From an uncultured virus (IMG/VR IMGVR_UViG_3300025085_003231) (lineage: Duplodnaviria > Heunggongvirae > Uroviricota > Caudoviricetes), in the IMG/VR virus record IMGVR_UViG_3300025085_003231: DNA of 64,000 nt. One strand, written 5' to 3'. A program made the position numbers and the translations under genes. Numbering within the stretch: position 1 is the first letter of the stretch; each line of letters opens with the position of its first letter. Positions 55,653-64,000 of the stretch are shown in pieces. A model generated the notes under the pieces. The model worked only from the letters and a program-made list of their open reading frames with translations, did not search any database and had not been told where the DNA came from.

Positions 55653-58600
55653 TTAACGACGACGAGGTTGCAAAGCATCTCCAAGAATTCCTAAATATTC
55701 TTGACGGTCGGATTTAGTAATATTTCCTGAATCTCCAAGTCCATTCTGCCCGATTGAGTTAGATGAATAACATCGTGGGTCATTTATTGGCAAAAAGTTA
55801 ATAGTTCCTGTGATTTCTCCAGGAGTATTCAAAATTGTGGCTCCTTCCATTGGGTGGTATTGACCAAAGTTGGAGGTCACTGTTGCCGACAAAATAAATG
55901 TCATGTATTCACCATTTTCCAAAGGTTCTCCAGAGCCAGATTCTCCTGCTGGAATGGAGCGAAGACAAACCCACAATCTCAAGAAATCGTTCTCATCGTC
56001 TGCCCACATATTGATGTTGTTATCACGAACCAAGGAACGGGCTGGACGAGTGATTTCACGAGTATCGCCAGCAAAGCCTACTTCTTGAGTAATATCTCCT
56101 GTGACAAACTCGCTTAGTTCAGAGTGAGGTAGTTGGAAACAAGCCATCAAAGATGCGTCTTCCTTACCCCAATCAATACTTTCATTTTGACCTGCCATAG
56201 TGAATACTCGGGAGCCGTTGTAGGATTTGTTGTCTTCATCAAGTTTGATTAACTCCGAGGCTACTTGCATAAATTGTGAAAAAGAAACCTCAACATTGCC
56301 GCTTTGAGAGCCAGCATCAAAAATCCATCGTCCATTATCAGAAGAGAGTTTAGCACTCATTTTGTTAGTAAATGCAGTTAATGAGGTGTGGAATCGGCCA
56401 TAATCTGGCGAATCTCCTCCTAAAATACCGTCCTTAATACGGCCAATCAATTTAACTTGTTGATTGCTGAGTGCGGTGTGTGCTGAATCATTAGCATAAT
56501 GGCTGGAAGAGATGCTAAGTCCTGACATACGCTTGCTAACACCTGACATTATGGCACTCATATCGGACTTGCTGGTAGTAACTGCGGCCCACGCTCCAAG
56601 TGTATCTCCATAAGTTGGTAGGGTCAGGTTGGCAGTAGCACCCATATTAGCAAGATTAGTTCCTACGGCAGCGGCATTGATTTCGGAATTGAAATATGCA
56701 GCCTTTCCTCCACTGAGTCCAGCGGCGTAAATGGAAATCTCTTCGTCACATAGTCCGAGCAAACGAGCCTTATCGTCTGTGAACAAATTACCATTATTAG
56801 CAATTGCATATCGGGTAGCATACATATCATTCAAACACGCCTCGCCCATGTTTCCAGAAACTGGGTTGCTGATTCGCTGCATAAAGTTTTCATACATTTC
56901 TGGGTAACCTTGAGTATTGTTTTCTCCATACGACCGAAGTGTGGTGTTGCCCATTCTTTCTGACTCAGAAACCATGGTAGCAATATGCCAGTGAACTGGG
57001 GTGATAGAAGTTGATAAGTTAGCATTTCCAATCATTTGGTCTTGCATAACCTTGAGAACTGCGGTTTCATATTCGTGAGCGTAGTCGGAAGATTGCAAAA
57101 TACTGACACATCGTTCATAGAAGGAATCCAACATCTCCAAAAGTGAGGCACCTCTTCCTTGTCCAATATCTACATCACGGTTGATATATCCACGAACCAA
57201 GAATTCCCGAAGGAAGTCCTGTTCGGAGTTATAAGCCAAATCCGCCGACATAGCCTTGCCGATACCCTTGGTGTTTCCATTAACATCTGTCAAACCTTCT
57301 TTGCTACGACCGATACGGTGGGCCACAGTATATGGGATGGCATCTACAATGTCTTCACGAGATACATACGACTTTCCACGAAGGAAGGCGAATGATTTAG
57401 CCAATTTGATAATAGAATTGGTGAAACGGAATCCAAGAACACGAGTGAAAATTGCGGGTAATTGGGCGGTGACTTGGGCTCCTCTAAGCGGGTCAGCAGT
57501 TTGCATTTTCGCCTGGTCTCCAGCGAATGCCCGAGTTCCTTGACCCAAAACAGCGGCTTCAGTTCCATCGTTTCCACTGGAGGTGTTAGTGGTAGTAGAG
57601 AAATCAACCAATGGGGCTTCGTGAGGATTAGAAACCCAAGAATATTGTTTGTTATTGCCCACAGGCAAAATATGTTCACGAGTTCGGTAGGCTTGAGAGA
57701 ACAAAACTGAGATAGCCGAAACATCACGGTAACCATCATATGAGCCACCATTTTGAACCATAGAAATTCCTGTGGAGTCGTCTTCAATCATGCTCCAAAT
57801 ATCTCGGATTTCATAGAATCTCAAGGGAGCCATAGCGTTAGACATGGTGAGATTCTTAATCAATTGTTCCACAGGTCGTCCTGCACGATTACTCAAAATG
57901 TTATATCGTCCACCCATAGATACAGACTTGAACAGAATTTCCATGTCAATTCGGTCAGTAAATGCCAAATCGTTTCCTTTTTGGTGAGGGTTGGTATCCA
58001 TCCAAGCCACAAAGTTAGGTGAGTCAAACTCTTTTCCACGGTATTCTACCTTTCGCTCGGCAATCAGTCCCAGAATTGCGTCTTCCATTCCAGGTTTAGA
58101 ACGGTTGGCTTCGTTAAAGAACTTAACTGGTTGTGTAACAATCGGGCGAGGAACTGGTTCAAAGTCAAAAGTATTAACATTGGCTCCCTTAGCAGGGTCA
58201 AAAGATTGGGTTTCACGAATTTCCATACCATAAAGAACTTCGTCGGCTCGCTTTTCAAAGTCTACCTTAGCAATACCAATTTCTCCCAGCATTTCTGAAG
58301 AGAGAGATTTCCACTGCAAAGAACCTGGAGTGGCACGAGAGTCAAAACAAGTGTGTTGCAAAAACTCTCGCAACCAATATCCTTCGTTACGACCTGCATC
58401 GGTCCACATTCCTGTTAATCCTGATTGAGCAATATATTCTTGCACTACGGAACGACCTGATGCTTGAGTGTTGGCAGCCATGTGTGATGAAATGTCATCA
58501 AACAAAGAACGAACTGCTGTGCCATTCATTTCTGGGTGCGCCAAGCGCATAATCAAATCTTCGGTGTCATCGGTTCCAGAAGATAACACGACTTGATTAG

Positions 58601-59942
58601 GGAACAACACAGAGGTTCCATCAGCATTACAGATTTTAACAGGCTTGACCAAACGCTTCTTGGCGACACCTTCTGGAATAATTGCCAATCCTGCATCGTT
58701 AAACTTAGGCCAAGTTTCTGGGTCTGATAGCATAGTATTAACAGGGACATCTACGAAATAATGTTGCAAGAGTAACTTCTTGAAAGATTCTGGTTGAAGC
58801 GACAACTTAGCAAATGTGGTGTTGGGTTGTAGGAACTTGAAATCATACAAGTATGCTCCCGACATTTGTTGATTAGGAATTTGAGAGGCATTCTTACCTG
58901 CATAGGTGTGGTTTCCTGTGGAACCTTTCGGTGTCTTCCAAGGAGTGAACCTCCATGATTCCCACAAATCGTTAATTTCTGGGCGGGCAGCGTTACCGTA
59001 AATAATGGAATATTCTTGTCCTGCGGGCAACATAGTTGGGCTGTAAATGTTATCGGAGGAATTATTGGAATTGAAAAGTTCTCCTGTGGTCATGGCGACA
59101 TAATCTTGGGGCGGGATAATCCTCATAGAAGTATTGAACCCATAAGAGTTGGATAGCAAAGTTGCTGCACACTCAATAACTGTGGTTTTTCCAGTTCCAG
59201 GAACCCCAGATAGACGGCAAGTTGAATCTTTCATCAACCAAGCAGCCATGAATACTTCCAAGTGTCGGTAATCGTCAAAAGCGAAAACCTTACCCAGAGC
59301 CGAGGAAAGAGAGCGAACACGCTTGAGAGTATCTCCCAGTTGTTGCCTCTTAGAACCTGAAGAGTAGGTGGAGATAAATGATTCCAAAATCTCGTCTAAG
59401 GAAGAACCCATGAGGCCATCGCTAAACTCTCCTGCGGAAGCCAAAGAACCACGAACGATTTCTCCGTAGCGGAAAGCAGCCTCTCCGATTTCAGTAGTGA
59501 GTCGGTCATCATCAGCAGGAATTCCCAAAACTTCAGTGCAAAATCGTGCGGTGATGTTGTTATTGTCTGAGTCAGAAATAACCATATAGGTAGGAACATT
59601 GTTTTCATTGTTAAGAATTTCAATGCGTCCAATATCATATCCAATATCTTGGATGGTTACTTGTTCGTCAAAAGACTGGTTGCGTTGCTCAAAAATTTGT
59701 TCCATTTGATTAACGGCATTGGCTCCGACCAAAGAAACTGCATCCATAGCAGTTGCAGAAGTAGGTGATGCTGATGGGTCAGTGGCTCCAGGTGGTGTGT
59801 CACGACCTGCTGCTTTATCTTGTTCCTCCAACAACTTATCCATACCTTGGTTAGCAGCCATGGCATCTTCGCCCATAATTTGGTTTGAAAGTGGTTTCTC
59901 TGCTCCGTCTGCTCCTTGCGCCAATTGTTCTTCGTCGGTCAT
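55653..59942 (-). CDS. Very large MoxR/RavA-like AAA+ ATPase
   Basis: GVPGTGKTT, ADEVLYG, FFNEANR, DAILGLIAERKV, DTNP, AFTDR, AFLRGKSYVSREDI, VAHR. Confidence 0.85.
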   Translation of the reverse strand: MTDEEQLAQGADGAEKPLSNQIMGEDAMAANQGMDKLLEEQDKAAGRDTPPGATDPSASPTSATAMDAVSLVGANAVNQMEQIFEQRNQSFDEQVTIQDIGYDIGRIEILNNENNVPTYMVISDSDNNNITARFCTEVLGIPADDDRLTTEIGEAAFRYGEIVRGSLASAGEFSDGLMGSSLDEILESFISTYSSGSKRQQLGDTLKRVRSLSSALGKVFAFDDYRHLEVFMAAWLMKDSTCRLSGVPGTGKTTVIECAATLLSNSYGFNTSMRIIPPQDYVAMTTGELFNSNNSSDNIYSPTMLPAGQEYSIIYGNAARPEINDLWESWRFTPWKTPKGSTGNHTYAGKNASQIPNQQMSGAYLYDFKFLQPNTTFAKLSLQPESFKKLLLQHYFVDVPVNTMLSDPETWPKFNDAGLAIIPEGVAKKRLVKPVKICNADGTSVLFPNQVVLSSGTDDTEDLIMRLAHPEMNGTAVRSLFDDISSHMAANTQASGRSVVQEYIAQSGLTGMWTDAGRNEGYWLREFLQHTCFDSRATPGSLQWKSLSSEMLGEIGIAKVDFEKRADEVLYGMEIRETQSFDPAKGANVNTFDFEPVPRPIVTQPVKFFNEANRSKPGMEDAILGLIAERKVEYRGKEFDSPNFVAWMDTNPHQKGNDLAFTDRIDMEILFKSVSMGGRYNILSNRAGRPVEQLIKNLTMSNAMAPLRFYEIRDIWSMIEDDSTGISMVQNGGSYDGYRDVSAISVLFSQAYRTREHILPVGNNKQYSWVSNPHEAPLVDFSTTTNTSSGNDGTEAAVLGQGTRAFAGDQAKMQTADPLRGAQVTAQLPAIFTRVLGFRFTNSIIKLAKSFAFLRGKSYVSREDIVDAIPYTVAHRIGRSKEGLTDVNGNTKGIGKAMSADLAYNSEQDFLREFLVRGYINRDVDIGQGRGASLLEMLDSFYERCVSILQSSDYAHEYETAVLKVMQDQMIGNANLSTSITPVHWHIATMVSESERMGNTTLRSYGENNTQGYPEMYENFMQRISNPVSGNMGEACLNDMYATRYAIANNGNLFTDDKARLLGLCDEEISIYAAGLSGGKAAYFNSEINAAAVGTNLANMGATANLTLPTYGDTLGAWAAVTTSKSDMSAIMSGVSKRMSGLSISSSHYANDSAHTALSNQQVKLIGRIKDGILGGDSPDYGRFHTSLTAFTNKMSAKLSSDNGRWIFDAGSQSGNVEVSFSQFMQVASELIKLDEDNKSYNGSRVFTMAGQNESIDWGKEDASLMACFQLPHSELSEFVTGDITQEVGFAGDTREITRPARSLVRDNNINMWADDENDFLRLWVCLRSIPAGESGSGEPLENGEYMTFILSATVTSNFGQYHPMEGATILNTPGEITGTINFLPINDPRCYSSNSIGQNGLGDSGNITKSDRQEYLGILGDALQPRRR

Positions 59943-59944
59943 AA

Positions 59945-62290
59945 TTAGTCCCTCCTGATGTCTAAATCAATCTTCATTATCTTAAAACCTTCAGAGGTTT
60001 CTGCCAAAACAAAGTATTCTTTGGTAGTTGGCGAGGATTTGAAGGCAATACTGCGGGTAACTACCGCACCTGTTTCATCTCGGTTGGTGAATCGTTCACT
60101 TTGTTTTTCTCTGCGACGGGCCTTACGGCGTTCGTTCCAGGCTTCGGTAGCACTTTCATTTAGAATAACAATTTCTGGGGCTGGTGGAGAAAGTTCTCCG
60201 CCTTTGATAGTGCCTCCTACTGATTTTCCATTAGGGTCTTGCAACCAAAATTCTCCTGTGTCTTGAGTGGTTGGGATGTCAATTACTTTATCGCCATCAC
60301 AGTAAAGTCGGACACCACGAGCCACCAAAGTCCCATCTACTACAATAGAAGATGGCTTATCATAAGTAATATAGTTGATTTGACCTTTACCCACATTGAC
60401 TTCATTTCCGTCTACATCTTTGAAAACCAGGTGTTGTTCATCTCCTGGCAAAACATAGGTCTTCTTCTGACTGGAACCGAAATATTCTGAGGCATCTCCA
60501 CCCGTAACTTCAAAGTTGAGGACTCGTGACCACACAGCATCCTCTATATCACCATCGTCATCAAAGATAATTTCTGGGGAAATAACTCCTGTGCGCTCAG
60601 TTTCTTGGGGGACTGCTCCTTTGTCGTCTCGTGTCAGAGTTAAGTTGAGTAGTTTAGGAGCCAGATATTCTGGGTGATAGTCCACATAGGTTTTAACATC
60701 TGCGAGAATGTCTTGAGGTCGTGGGTCAAAATTAAAGATAACATTGTCTCCGCCCATAATTGGAGTCAAAACTGATTCAGGGTCGTCTCCCCAACTTTTC
60801 CAGTTGAGGCGAGGGTCTGAGACTCTGCTGTTTCCATAAAAACGACTCATCTGGGTGCGGATAACTGCGGGAACATCCGTAGCCGCATTAACCTTAACGC
60901 TACCTGTGAGTCCTGCTGTGGATGAATTAAGGTTTGCCCAAACCATTGTGTCTATTGGCTCTCCCTCAGAACTTGAAGGAAGCCCTCCAAATCCTATTCC
61001 ACCATGGGAGTAAATAACAACTTCGTTTGATTCAACTTTTTCCATCATTCCTCCGTAGGTGTTGTAAGCACCATCTTCCTGAGACTCATTGTATTTTGCG
61101 CCTTGTGAATCTTTGACTAAATATCCCAACTCGTTCATAGTGAGTTCTATCTTTCTTCCTTCTTGGGTGAGTTCTATCTTGAAGTTTTTAATAGTGTCTG
61201 TTGATTTAAAATCTCCGCTGGGTTCATTCCAAGCAACTTCTACTTTAGTAACCACTGCTGGCGCATCAGTATTAACCAGTGTGATTGGGAACATTTGTCC
61301 TGCATAAGTCTCAGCCGCAGCACCTCCGACTACTTGGAAGTAGGCTGCCTCTCCCATCTTAAATCCAAATTGAATTTCAGGAGTCAAAAAGAAAGGTTGA
61401 TTAGCATTAGCATTTACCACTGCAATTTCTTGAGGAGATTCGTCCATGAAATCGTCCATGTCCATCATGAAATCGTCCACGGATTGAGCACCACCTTGTT
61501 CAGAGGTTTCCGAAATAACAACTGTGTTGGTAGGTTGCATAGATGCGTCAAATTCAGATGGCTTCAAAGTAAAGTTAATATATCCCTCATAAGGCCACAT
61601 TTTATCTGGGTTTTGATTTTCCTTCCATGCTTTGAGTGAAATAGCAATTTGTTCATCTTCGGTGGGCGGGGTGATATTAGTTGAGAGGTCAAAGAAGTTT
61701 GCTCCCCGTGCGGCTCCAAGAATTTTAACTGAGTCGTCAATTTCCACAGTCGGAATAGGTGTCATAATTTCATCTACATCCTCGGTGATTTCTGCAACTT
61801 CTGGAATTTCTGTGGTGGTTGTAGTGGTTGAGCCACCCGTATTCATAGATAAATCTGCTCCATCAGTGAGGGTTTGTTGGAATTCACTGGTTAGTTCTCC
61901 TGTGCGAGCCAAGTTTAGAACATTCGCATCAACCTGTTCGGACTTACGATTGTAATCGGCAAGTTTGAGATTTCGTGTGGGTTGTTTGAATCCATCGTTA
62001 TCTTCTGATGAACCTTGGCGAACCAGACGGTAACCATACGGATAAGTGGATGCACGACCTCCGAAACGACCTCCCAGAGCCGTGCGCTTACCTGCTGTGT
62101 AAAGATTCTGTAATGCGGTTTTGCTAAACATGGTGTCGTTATTAAACAAGGTGGTGTAACCATTGTTAGTCAATAGGGTATCTATCTCTGCCAAAACTAA
62201 TCCATTTTGTTGAAGTTCCTTACCTTTGAAACCCTCTAACATCAAATAGGCGTAGATAGCCTCCATGTTATCTCGTGGAATCTCCGTCAT
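59945..62290 (-). CDS. Large hypothetical protein
   Basis: 781 aa; promoter TTATATA at 62314-62320. Confidence 0.75.
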   Translation of the reverse strand: MTEIPRDNMEAIYAYLMLEGFKGKELQQNGLVLAEIDTLLTNNGYTTLFNNDTMFSKTALQNLYTAGKRTALGGRFGGRASTYPYGYRLVRQGSSEDNDGFKQPTRNLKLADYNRKSEQVDANVLNLARTGELTSEFQQTLTDGADLSMNTGGSTTTTTTEIPEVAEITEDVDEIMTPIPTVEIDDSVKILGAARGANFFDLSTNITPPTEDEQIAISLKAWKENQNPDKMWPYEGYINFTLKPSEFDASMQPTNTVVISETSEQGGAQSVDDFMMDMDDFMDESPQEIAVVNANANQPFFLTPEIQFGFKMGEAAYFQVVGGAAAETYAGQMFPITLVNTDAPAVVTKVEVAWNEPSGDFKSTDTIKNFKIELTQEGRKIELTMNELGYLVKDSQGAKYNESQEDGAYNTYGGMMEKVESNEVVIYSHGGIGFGGLPSSSEGEPIDTMVWANLNSSTAGLTGSVKVNAATDVPAVIRTQMSRFYGNSRVSDPRLNWKSWGDDPESVLTPIMGGDNVIFNFDPRPQDILADVKTYVDYHPEYLAPKLLNLTLTRDDKGAVPQETERTGVISPEIIFDDDGDIEDAVWSRVLNFEVTGGDASEYFGSSQKKTYVLPGDEQHLVFKDVDGNEVNVGKGQINYITYDKPSSIVVDGTLVARGVRLYCDGDKVIDIPTTQDTGEFWLQDPNGKSVGGTIKGGELSPPAPEIVILNESATEAWNERRKARRREKQSERFTNRDETGAVVTRSIAFKSSPTTKEYFVLAETSEGFKIMKIDLDIRRD

Positions 62291-62337
62291 ACTAATTATA
62301 TCTCCTTCTCTGATATATAAGTTTTCTCTTATTTGGG

Positions 62338-62751
62338 TTAGATAGACCTGCCTTCGGCTCGTAGTTTCAATATCAATTCTGCACGGAAAAACTGATACAG
62401 TCTTTTGAACCAGTGTAGATTACGACGGAAGAACAAACAAACCTGTTTGATTTCGGGGTATCTGGGAGCATATAATTCCAAGGCTTCTAAAAATTCTTCA
62501 AAGCCTGAGTTGGCCCACACCAGAACTCCAGCATCAGTAACTTGGCGGAAAAATTCTTCATTGACAATCATGCGGTCAAATAATTCTGAGGCTTCCGATT
62601 GGGAGTTGGAATCGGGAACATAATGAGGATTCAAATCTACAAAGCGTTGAGATAATTCCAAATAACTGCGTATAGAGATATTACGAAGCCAATTTAGCCA
62701 ATTGATGATTTGTTCGGAGCAATATTTTGCCCACACAGGATTCACAGACAT
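62338..62751 (-). CDS. Hypothetical helical protein
   Basis: 137 aa. Confidence 0.7.
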   Translation of the reverse strand: MSVNPVWAKYCSEQIINWLNWLRNISIRSYLELSQRFVDLNPHYVPDSNSQSEASELFDRMIVNEEFFRQVTDAGVLVWANSGFEEFLEALELYAPRYPEIKQVCLFFRRNLHWFKRLYQFFRAELILKLRAEGRSI

Positions 62752-62755
62752 GAGT

Positions 62756-63874
62756 TCACGACCCGAAATAATCGTCTGGAACTTCCGTTAAATCAACCGC
62801 TTCATAAATTTCTCCTGTTTCACGGTGCCGATAGGTGTTAGATGATTCATCAAATTCTAAATCATCATCGTCAATTTCTTCCAATTCCTCAGATTCTGAG
62901 GGAGTTCCTGTGGATGACATTTCTTCTTCAGAGATGCCATAATCTTTCATCAAATCATCTACGGATTGTAAAACTCCGAGAGCAGGTGCTGGTTCAGGAA
63001 TGGTAGCATTAGGTGTGTAAGAAGCGAGAGAATCAGGAGTTTCTAAATCATTAGCGGCAAAATTAACCTTGCTGGTGTTGGCAATCTTCTGTTTTTCAGA
63101 TTGCATGGCCCTCTGGATTTCATCCATGCCACTAAGAACATTGACGGGGGCTCCATTAGAATAATCTGCGGGAGCAACTCCGTTGGTTCGGGATTGACGG
63201 TCATTGGTAATATCATTCATAGAGACTCCTGCTTCTTGGGCTAAGGCTTCTATTCCTGAAATTCCGAAATTGGTTTTCTTAGCCGAGGCAGAATAAGTTC
63301 CTTGCAATCCGCTGAGACCATCGGAATTCTGGGCGTGTTTTGGAACTCCCAATATTTCATCCCAATCCATAGGTCCGTCGGTAAATGGATTAGCGGGGCG
63401 AGGAGTTTGAACCACAGGTTCAGGTTCTGGCTCTTCAGCAGACTCTCCTATCTCGGTTCCAACGAATAAATCGGTGTTAGTTCCTGTGTCTTGGGCTTCA
63501 CGAATGCGGTGTAAAAATGCTTCATCTTCGGCACTCAAATCATTGCGTCGTCCTTGAAAGTATTCGGCTGCGCTTCGGAGAACAGGGGCTACATCAGTCA
63601 AAAATCCGAGCATTCCTGTGGCACGACTGACCGTTGGATTGGTGGAAACAGATTCTCCCACTCCATACTTGTCTAAGAAATTAACCAAGGGAACCAAAAC
63701 TTTTTCTGTCATGTCTCCATCCAGATTAAGTTGCTGGCCTAAAGAATTTAAATCTCCATCAGCCGTGAGCATCTCTACCAAAGATTTGGCTTCGGATTGT
63801 GGAACCGATTGGGTCTGTTTTACAGGTTCTGGTTCTGGCTTAGAACTCCGAATGACATCATCAAAATCAGACAT
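62756..63874 (-). CDS. Acidic hypothetical protein
   Basis: Likely start at ATG 63874; TTAAGAA promoter variant at 63897-63903 has the usual spacing. Confidence 0.7.
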   Translation of the reverse strand: MSDFDDVIRSSKPEPEPVKQTQSVPQSEAKSLVEMLTADGDLNSLGQQLNLDGDMTEKVLVPLVNFLDKYGVGESVSTNPTVSRATGMLGFLTDVAPVLRSAAEYFQGRRNDLSAEDEAFLHRIREAQDTGTNTDLFVGTEIGESAEEPEPEPVVQTPRPANPFTDGPMDWDEILGVPKHAQNSDGLSGLQGTYSASAKKTNFGISGIEALAQEAGVSMNDITNDRQSRTNGVAPADYSNGAPVNVLSGMDEIQRAMQSEKQKIANTSKVNFAANDLETPDSLASYTPNATIPEPAPALGVLQSVDDLMKDYGISEEEMSSTGTPSESEELEEIDDDDLEFDESSNTYRHRETGEIYEAVDLTEVPDDYFGS

Positions 63875-63899
63875 AATACTCACTTGTGTAGTTTCCTTC

Positions 63900-63998
63900 T
63901 TAAATCTTCTGCTTGAATAAGGCTTCTAAACCGATTTTTAAGGATTCTATCCATGCCATGTGCGGAGCGTTAGAGGAACGAATATCTCCAGATTCAAT
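63900..63998 (-). CDS. 3' end of a gene truncated by the window edge
   Basis: Open frame IESGDIRSSNAPHMAWIESLKIGLEALFKQKI*. Confidence 0.45.
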   Translation of the reverse strand: MESGDIRSSNAPHMAWIESLKIGLEALFKQKI

Positions 63999-64000
63999 AG

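Larger units (their letters stand above)
1..64000. mobile_element. Segment of a large archaeal virus or virus-like element, probably tailless and membrane-containing
   Basis: Mostly orphan ORFs, almost all on one strand. Fibre and capsid-like paralogs, a phage-type ligase and a HerA/FtsK ATPase are present. Archaeal PolD and TATA promoters are present; ribosomal and metabolic operons are absent. Confidence 0.8.

Noticed and set aside
58280..59150. MoxR insertion as an intein
   Set aside because: No C-terminal HN-[C/S/T] junction and no LAGLIDADG motifs seen
1..64000. Alternative genetic code or head-tail (HK97) morphogenesis module
   Set aside because: Genes tile densely under code 11 with all three stops used. 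No terminase, portal, HK97 or tail-tube motifs were recognised, though they could lie outside the window.

Overview
The whole 64 kb is densely coding and has no rRNA, tRNA or ordinary cellular housekeeping operons. It reads as part of a large archaeal virus or virus-like element. The archaeal assignment rests on a DNA polymerase D large subunit (DP2), GGTGA/GGAG-type ribosome-binding sites and a repeated TATA-box promoter. Four genes lie on + (1-5958, including DP2); all others lie on -. Recognisable products are an ATP-dependent DNA ligase, a classical AAA ATPase, two GT2 glycosyltransferases, a HerA/FtsK-type ATPase, a MoxR ATPase/HExxH peptidase/two-VWA module, four Gly/Thr-rich fibre proteins, four paralogous beta-rich capsid-like proteins (possibly single jelly roll), two penton-like paralogs and many small membrane proteins. 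No HK97 capsid, portal, terminase or tail-tube gene was recognised. Two patterns stand out. (1) About 20 ORFs, mostly membrane-anchored, are strings of unrelated small modules separated by a recurrent [F/Y/M/W]-x-A-E motif, often doubled as xAE-T/S-F-E-A-D/E. The modules look like GNAT, DUF5872, PCD, WGR, DVNP, Cren7 and Zn-finger domains, which suggests protease-processed virion polyproteins. (2) A T(T/C)A(A/T)ATA-type box sits exactly 22 nt before an ATG at about 28 genes, implying leaderless transcripts. It also corrects many start codons and reveals two unannotated ORFs. All family assignments come from motif recognition by eye; no database searches were run.
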